From assembly GCA_024704765.1 (NCBI GenBank), contig JAKMXF010000122.1, forward strand, positions 643,068 through 707,067: a DNA stretch of 64,000 nt. The letters are read 5' to 3'. This DNA comes from Oopsacas minuta. Taxonomy: Eukaryota > Animalia > Porifera. Made by a program: the position numbers and the translations under genes. A model generated the notes under the pieces. That model was not told the DNA's origin. It ran no database searches and was given only the letters and a program-made list of their open reading frames with translations. The stretch's first letter is position 1; each line of letters begins with the position of its first letter. Below are positions 58,201-64,000 of this stretch, one piece after another.

Positions 58201-61200
58201 GAATGAGTTCATAAGTACTGATAGATTCCCTATCAATCTCGTCTAGAGCGACTACCACATCAAACTGAAAGAAAGTTCATAAATATGCTCACGTACATAT
58301 GTATACACTACCGGATTCCTGGATTATTCCCAGATTTATATTGAAATTCAAGGAAAATATAAATCCAATATATTTATTCCATATGAAAAGAGTATTGGGT
58401 GAAATTTCGAACTAAAGTCGACATCCAAGAATTCGACCAATTTCTAATGAAATCCCTCAAATAAAATTTAATTAGAATTTATCAATTTCAAATAATATAT
58501 TCTTTGTATTACGTATTAGCAACATGACAACAAACAAGTCGACTTGTAAATTGTGGTTTGGGTACGTTTGGTGATATGAGCAGGGTTTCATCCAGGCGCG
58601 TATTTTAAAAAGATATTATAATTAAGCGCGTGAAAATTTAACAGCTAGGCGCATGACACGCGCCTAGGTTAGTATCGACAAATAATTTAATGGGTTACGT
58701 CCAGGCTTTCATCCAGGAGCGCTACGCGCGCCTACAGGCGCGGATTTTCAAAAATTTTGTATAGTTAGGAGCAAGAAAATTTTGAGAGTTAGGCGCGGGC
58801 ATACACCTAATTTCGACGAATAATGTAATGGTTTACGTAACGGGTTGTTATTGGTTTTCTCAGCCATAATATACATACTGAAGTAATTTTGCTAAGAGAG
58901 ACAATGAATAAATATAAATATACAATGTTAGGTCAACAGTCCATTATTAATGCACAATATACGTATTTGTATATTGAAAGATTCTAGATAACATCTCTGG
59001 AATGTATAATTAACGTATTAGATGTGATGGATGTATGGTTTGGTTAAAATTGAAGTTTGATGCTTCGAAAATTCAAATAGTCTAGGCGCGTAAGTGAAAT
59101 CTAGGATTCATATAGGCGCGCTACATATGAATACTGGAAGAAACCCTGGATATGAGCATAGGTAGAGAAACACAGATCTAATCTATAAATATAGATTTAA
59201 TAAAAATTTGCCTAATGTTTATGGAATACCAACTCTTCGGTAGATGACAATTCGATATTGATAGTTCAAATCAATTAGTGTCTGTATTGGATCTTTGAAC
59301 ATTAATAAGAAATCCTAGGGATTTAGTGAGGTTCTAGAAGGGAATGGCTTAGGAAATGTTCAAATAATTTGATATGTTAAGTTGTAAATATTCAATCTAA
59401 AAAAATTGAAATACGAGTTTACTAACAGAAGATATCCTGAAATGATCATTAATATCACCTCCAATGATACTGAGGGTAATATCTCCATTTAGACCATCAT
59501 CTTCATCCATCACTCCAACAGAAACTACCAGAGTACCATTAGTGGCATTTTCGAGAATGGAGACGGTTAAGCTAGTTGCGTCAAATTCGGGATTGTGATC
59601 ATTTATATCTTCGACTGTAATAGTAACGCTAGCCTATTAGTAGAATATAATATCAATATTTAAATATATAGAGAATTACATCAATCATGCATTTATCACA
59701 ATAACTGAATAAACATCAACTCACAACATCAGTGTTCAATCCATCAGAAGCTTCAACATTAACTGTAAGAGAAGTTGCATCTTCTCGGGAGAGAACCACC
59801 GTTGTGCGCAATTCCCCAGTTATCGCATCCAGGCTGAATTTATCTAGAATTTAGATAAAAAATATGTTAAGAATCAATGAATTATCAGTTACCCTTTCTG
59901 GATAAGAAAAATAGTAACAGTGAGCCCTTGCGTTCATTTGCGAATCAACACATAAATCATATATTTAGGTTACAGTGTATTAGAGAATATTGTGTGTACG
60001 CGGGCACACAATATATCCTCAGTGGATTAGAAAACTCAAATGCATGTGGGTCTTAAAATGTGTTTGGTCTACAGGGATGGTATTGTAAAGCCTTAAATGG
60101 TCCGTGACCAGGCAGTTATAGTCGACTATAACTAGTCCTAGTGTCTGCGTACCTCCTGGTTGTTGGTAGGTGTGCTTGGAGGGAGCATTTAGCAGCTATG
60201 TAAGTATATAATTGACGAACAGGTTTTTGATCGAAATAGTTAATGGCATTGCTTCTAATCGATGATTATGTGTATTTTAGACTGATTGAACTGTAGTGAG
60301 GAAATTTATATTGAACCAGTGTTAGGATTGCTCCTAAAGTTTGTCTGGATGTCTGACTACCTCTTGGTTGTTGGTTTGGGTCAGGTTTCAGCGGCGGATC
60401 CTGGAATTTCCAATATGATACTGCCGCGCAAGTGGGTACAACATTTTGAGGTGCCACCCATACTTCCGGTCGCCATGCATATTCAGCTCTATAATTCTGT
60501 TAATTTAAATACAGAGTTAGACAAAGCCTGTGATAGGAGCACTTGATACCTTGATCCTCTCTACCCATTTTAAATTAGTCAGATAATTATGCTAATTTAT
60601 CTATAGCAAAGTGTATTTAATAGAGGCCTGTAACGTAGGATTTTGACGGTCACCAGTCTTGAATATATAAATATTCCTGATTTAGGAATTCATGGCAGAT
60701 ATTTTGGAGAGGCAGGGCCGTAGGAAGCTGTTTATCTGTGATCAGGCCAGGAATCTTCATCAAGGTGGTCCATGGAACCTAAACATTGTCCAGTTCCTTC
60801 AACTTAGTAGTTCTACCAAGGCTGTCCAGTTCTACCAACTCCCAGAAAATTTGAAAGCAGATGCCTTGAAATGGCTATTTTTAGACTAGCTGGCATAATA
60901 GAGATTTCCCATTTTACCAGACAAAATAAGTCATTTTGATTTTCAGACATTGTGGAAATTGTCAACGCTTCGGACAACTGAAACCATGGTGCTGGTTGGC
61001 GACTTCACAAACGAGAGAGAGATGACAGCTCCATTTTCCTAACGGGCTAAAGAAAGAGCTGTGGGAAACATATACACTAATGCATGTTCAATTGTTCATA
61101 TAGCTAGCCTGTTAATACAGAATTTCGTAGTTCCGACTAAAAATTTTCACAGGTTAGGGGAAATTGGAAGGGGTCACATTTCCTAAAAATAATTATTAGT

Positions 61201-63973
61201 CATATTTGTGGTCCAAAGATGAATTCTGATATTAATTAAGATTCAAATTACAAAAAATATTAGTTATGCTGTGGAGTTAAGAGTGTTTGTGAATTAGGAA
61301 CCAAATTAAGTCCAGCTGTAGCAGGTCAATGACCATTAAAGCTTTATAGTAACATACCTGGGAGTTAAACACATTTTAATGACCCACATGCATATGAGTT
61401 TTCTAATACACTGAAATTGTGTGTACGTGTGTACGCGTACACACTAAATTCCCTAATACACTACAACATAATATGTATTATGTTTCAAATCTATTGTTTA
61501 ACATATATTTACCAGTATTTGCACTGCCAGTTGTGAAAGCAAAAGTAATATCAGCATTTGTACCAAAGTCCGCATCTGTTGCAGTAAGTGTATGTACTAG
61601 AGTACCAACGTTTGAAGACTCGGAAACCTGAGCAGTGATAGAATTAGATGAGAATTGGGGAGAGTTGTCGTTTATATCTGTAATCGAAATTACAATCTCT
61701 GCAGTAGTGGTAAGTCTGATAGACGCCTATGAAATAAATAACAATAATATAAGTAAATACGTAAAATGCAGGTAAATAACATCATCATGTCACAATTAAG
61801 GAAAAGTGGAATAACCAGAAAATGTCCACCGACAGACTGGGAGTGTAACTCGGACATCTGGGTCATATTACCTGATGAACAATGGATAGTCGTCAAAAAT
61901 TTAACTTGTTATGTATGGAAATTAACGCTCCATGAATTAACGCGGGTTTCTCCAAATCGCGGTCTTCATGTTCGTTTCTTTGATGATTAATTATCTTGGG
62001 GGCTGATACAATGGTGGAAACTACATAACTGGAGAATGGTGGAATTTTGAATCCGTATTTGTAGCAATGACTGAATGGTGGAAAACTACTTAATCGTAAC
62101 ACCTGGCGGATTTGATACGCGGACGCTAAAAAGCACAAATGCTTATACATAATATAATCCGACAAATTGTTCCTCATCACTTTTTAGACAGATACTAAGT
62201 AATTATTAATATTAAACATTGAAGATAATTGCCGATTCCTAAATTGCATACACTATCATATTCAGCATTGTTGGGGTTTGGGGCTGATTACGAATACAAT
62301 TGTACTCGATTACAATCGACCACACATTGTCCTGTAATCAATACCGTATTCGTTATTGTAATCATGCTAATAAATTGGTGATATTAATAAAATAAATTTA
62401 AGATATACGATCAATTCGTAGAATTACACTCTACCATTTCCACTTAGTAATGTCCTTTTGCCTGAACTATAATCATAGTCGTAACCTTGCAGAATTTTAT
62501 ATTAATCGTAATGGTAATCGTAATGGTAATCGTAATGGTAATCGCAATCACCTGAAAGGAATCGGCGAATCAATTACAGAAAAACATTACTGAGATTTAA
62601 CTAAATGCTACTTGACCTCAATATTATTATCTGCTGAAAGGACTTTTAGAGTCCAAAGAGCAGCGCCACTAGTGCCATCGATAACTAGACCATCTGTTTC
62701 TCTATCCAATGATATAGCAGAAAACACTTCGCCATCAACTGTATTGCTAGAGGTACCAGAATCAGGGGTTAGCTTAAACATACTAGCTATATTAGAAGTT
62801 GAATCAATTGAGAGGGAAATAGCCCCATCATTCCCAGAATCAGGATCTGTCACAGTGAAGCCTATGATGGAAAAATCCACCATATTGTTTTCAGGAAGAC
62901 TAATAGAATAATTGGGAAGATCAAAGGTTGGAGAATTATCATTGCTGTCTCTGACTGTAATTGTAACCACTGCAGTGACCTAAATGAACGGGACAGGCTA
63001 AAAATTGTAAAGCTTAAAATCAATCAAAAGTATGACGAAATTATGACGTAATTGACAACTTTTGTTTATCTTCGAAACTGCTCAGCAAACATATAAGATA
63101 GTTCAAAAATATAAAATAACAGTCACCATAGACGCCATTAATGGGATCAGGCCACCAAGTTATAAAACTGAAGGGCCCGAGTATCCCAGGACCAACAGTT
63201 TTTCACTTTATGTTTCAGAAATTGTATATTCTTAACAACAATACAGTATTCACCCTACAGATTCATAGAAAATGTGTTACAAAACAACTTTAAAATTAAA
63301 TACAGTGATAATGTTTCACTTATTGCCCAAATATTCATTCATACTGTATGTAATAAAAGAGTCAACTTATAAATGCTAACGTCATCGCATAAATGGCGCT
63401 GAAACAAGATGAAAGATGACCGTGTGTGCCTTGCATATGTTAGTTAGTTTGACTGATTCCTAAATTTTTTAAAACTAACGAACTAGCAGGCGAAATGCGC
63501 TATAATCCTTAATTATAAATTAAGTAACAGGAGCGTACAGAGATTCCAATAGGTGGTAGGGCCAAGCTAGGGCTAGCGGATCGCTGGTAGTGGAAACTTT
63601 AGATTGACTATATCATGTAGTAGTCTATGACATTAATGACAATATATAAATAAAGAGATGCGAATTTTGGTAGGGTCAAGGCAGGGTCAGAAGAATTCGA
63701 GGTTGAGGCATGACCTGAACTGTACCCCCCTTGGGTACAGCCCTCTATATTTAAAGTATAAAAGAATTAAACTCACACTTCTTAGACCATCAAATACCCG
63801 AACCATTAAAGTGAAACTTGTAATAGATTCGAAGTCAAGCCCACTAGCACCGAGAGTTATCCTGCCAGATGAATCAATGTTGAAGACATTATTAGCATTT
63901 CCAGAAGTGATCTCAAAAGAAATAACACCTACTGTATCAACATCCAATACTTCAATGTCAATAACCTCAGTAC
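40182..63973 (-). CDS. Cadherin gene A (CDH23-like cadherin-related protein), 3' part; starts beyond the window's right edge
   Basis: Thirteen phase-compatible exons totalling 6521 nt (2172 aa + stop): about 18 EC repeats, a membrane-proximal beta-alpha-beta-beta-alpha-beta region, TM segment IQVILIIAFCAIILICGCLANILALY and a cytoplasmic tail ending DDTSVSAI*. No EGF/LamG domains. Confidence 0.9.
41262..41476 (-). CDS. Gene A exon: cytoplasmic
   Basis: FIGKRSIKRSDD...NYESQELKMDLFLDE...FISG|gtgaat; phase 2/1. Confidence 0.82.
41859..42049 (-). CDS. Gene A exon: transmembrane segment
   Basis: IDDSFSDLSNICEG...RIQVILIIAFCAIILICGCLANILALYQR|gtttgt. Confidence 0.85.
44259..44444. mobile_element. 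MITE family 1, copy 7 (single TIR arm)
   Basis: tatatacacggctag...aaccacaatgacgc matches one arm. Confidence 0.8.
46809..46943 (-). CDS. Gene A exon: membrane-proximal domain
   Basis: ttttccatag|ILIFEVTEHVIG...TSVFFYAIQ...DLLRM|gtttgt; 45 open codons, phase 0/0. Confidence 0.78.
47150..47590 (-). pseudogene. hAT transposase catalytic-core fragment
   Basis: VNLWDEETNKHHYASVLLNWVD and IEEVLEEWD...ATSDTGSNMR, frameshifted. Confidence 0.65.
48844..49120 (-). CDS. Gene A exon: last EC repeat + start of membrane-proximal domain
   Basis: YSLSVTDITIDNLSG...SIIDNDYLLLIVVED...ITSFQ|gttaga; phase 2/0. Confidence 0.85.
49606..51510. mobile_element. hAT-type non-autonomous element hosting a nested Tc1 foldback
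   Basis: Ends CAGACCACTGAGA / TCTCAGCTGGCCTG; TSD TATGATGG/TATGATGA. Confidence 0.65.
50179..51096. mobile_element. Tc1-type foldback element (918 bp, ~400-bp arms)
   Basis: TA|CAGCCAGGGGACAAAAGTATTCGACCAC...GTGGTCGAATACTTTTGTCCCCTGACTG|TA; arms nearly identical. Confidence 0.92.
51751..51998 (-). CDS. Gene A exon
   Basis: Strong acceptor tttacctccttgttag|EPGHILGSYCNPLNTNRARFVGIDCILFGSSIFQLTVTDINDNDP...GEVR|gtaagt; phase 0/2. Confidence 0.82.
52280..52899. mobile_element. MITE family 1, copy 8 (left-truncated)
   Basis: Internal region plus complete right TIR ending taggccatg. Confidence 0.85.
53603..57628 (-). CDS. Gene A giant exon (4026 nt, ~12 EC repeats)
   Basis: Uninterrupted 1342-codon frame; tttag|NTPISVVDID...YLEVINN|gtgagt. 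Confidence 0.95.
58046..58264 (-). CDS. Gene A exon
   Basis: FDVVVALDEIDRESISTY...ISDVNDNPP...FTVDL|gtaata. Confidence 0.9.
58581..59148. mobile_element. hAT-type MITE
   Basis: TIR CAGGGTTTC(A/T)TCCAG; perfect 8-bp TSD GATATGAG; internal AGGCGCG repeats. Confidence 0.9.
59427..59633 (-). CDS. Gene A exon
   Basis: ASVTITVEDINDHNP...DEDDGLNG...FRISS|gttagt; phase 0/0. Confidence 0.88.
59725..59843 (-). CDS. Gene A exon
   Basis: DKFSLDAITGELRTTVVLSREDATSLTVNVEASDGLNTDV|gtgagt; phase 1/0. Confidence 0.88.
59968..61468. mobile_element. TG-terminated element with ~100-bp inverted ends (Ginger-like?)
   Basis: 59968-60066 and 61365-61468 are inverted copies; third copy at 28723-28900; no TSD found. 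Confidence 0.45.
61513..61726 (-). CDS. Gene A exon
   Basis: ASIRLTTTAEIVISITDINDNSP...ATDADFGTNA...NTG|gtaaat. Not in the ORF track. Confidence 0.88.
62503..62548. repeat. 12-bp tandem repeat (TAATCGTAATGG)x3.8
   Basis: Direct reading; probably a subterminal array of a MITE. Confidence 0.9.
62617..62979 (-). CDS. Gene A exon
   Basis: VTAVVTITVRDSNDNSP...LDRETDG...ADNNIE|gtcaag. The donor is weak but is the only one in phase with the next exon. Confidence 0.82.
63777..63973 (-). CDS. Gene A exon (first visible)
   Basis: TEVIDIEVLDVDTVG...LDFESITSF...DGLRS|gtgagt. Confidence 0.85.
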
Positions 63974-64000
63974 CTAAGTAAGGAGTGATAAATACAATAT

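Overview
AT-rich metazoan genomic DNA; not prokaryotic. A non-bilaterian such as a glass sponge is my inference from composition, cadherin type and transposon content, and is not proven. The minus strand carries two head-to-tail, multi-exon cadherin genes whose exon phases I checked by hand. Gene A has its 3' part in the window: 13 exons, 63973->40182, about 18 EC repeats, a ferredoxin/MAD-like membrane-proximal domain, a TM segment and a short tail ending -VSAI. Gene B has its 5' part in the window: 10 exons, 39826->1680, a signal peptide, a CDH23-type 'QDNRPP..F' N-terminus and 8+ EC repeats. Only 355 bp separate the two coding regions. The introns are packed with DNA transposons: mariner, hAT, pogo, P/Galileo-like MITEs, a Tc1 foldback, and MULE-NOF-, Gypsy/Ginger- and Helitron-like remnants. 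The most notable element is a 3.2-kb Transib/RAG1-like transposon (3539-6778) in an intron of gene B. It has perfect RSS-heptamer (CACAGTG) termini and a decayed ~740-aa transposase that retains an NBD-like region, the DDE triad, CxxC/HxxxxH zinc ligands and a C-terminal CxxC-G(H>N)-C motif. It has no RAG2-like gene.
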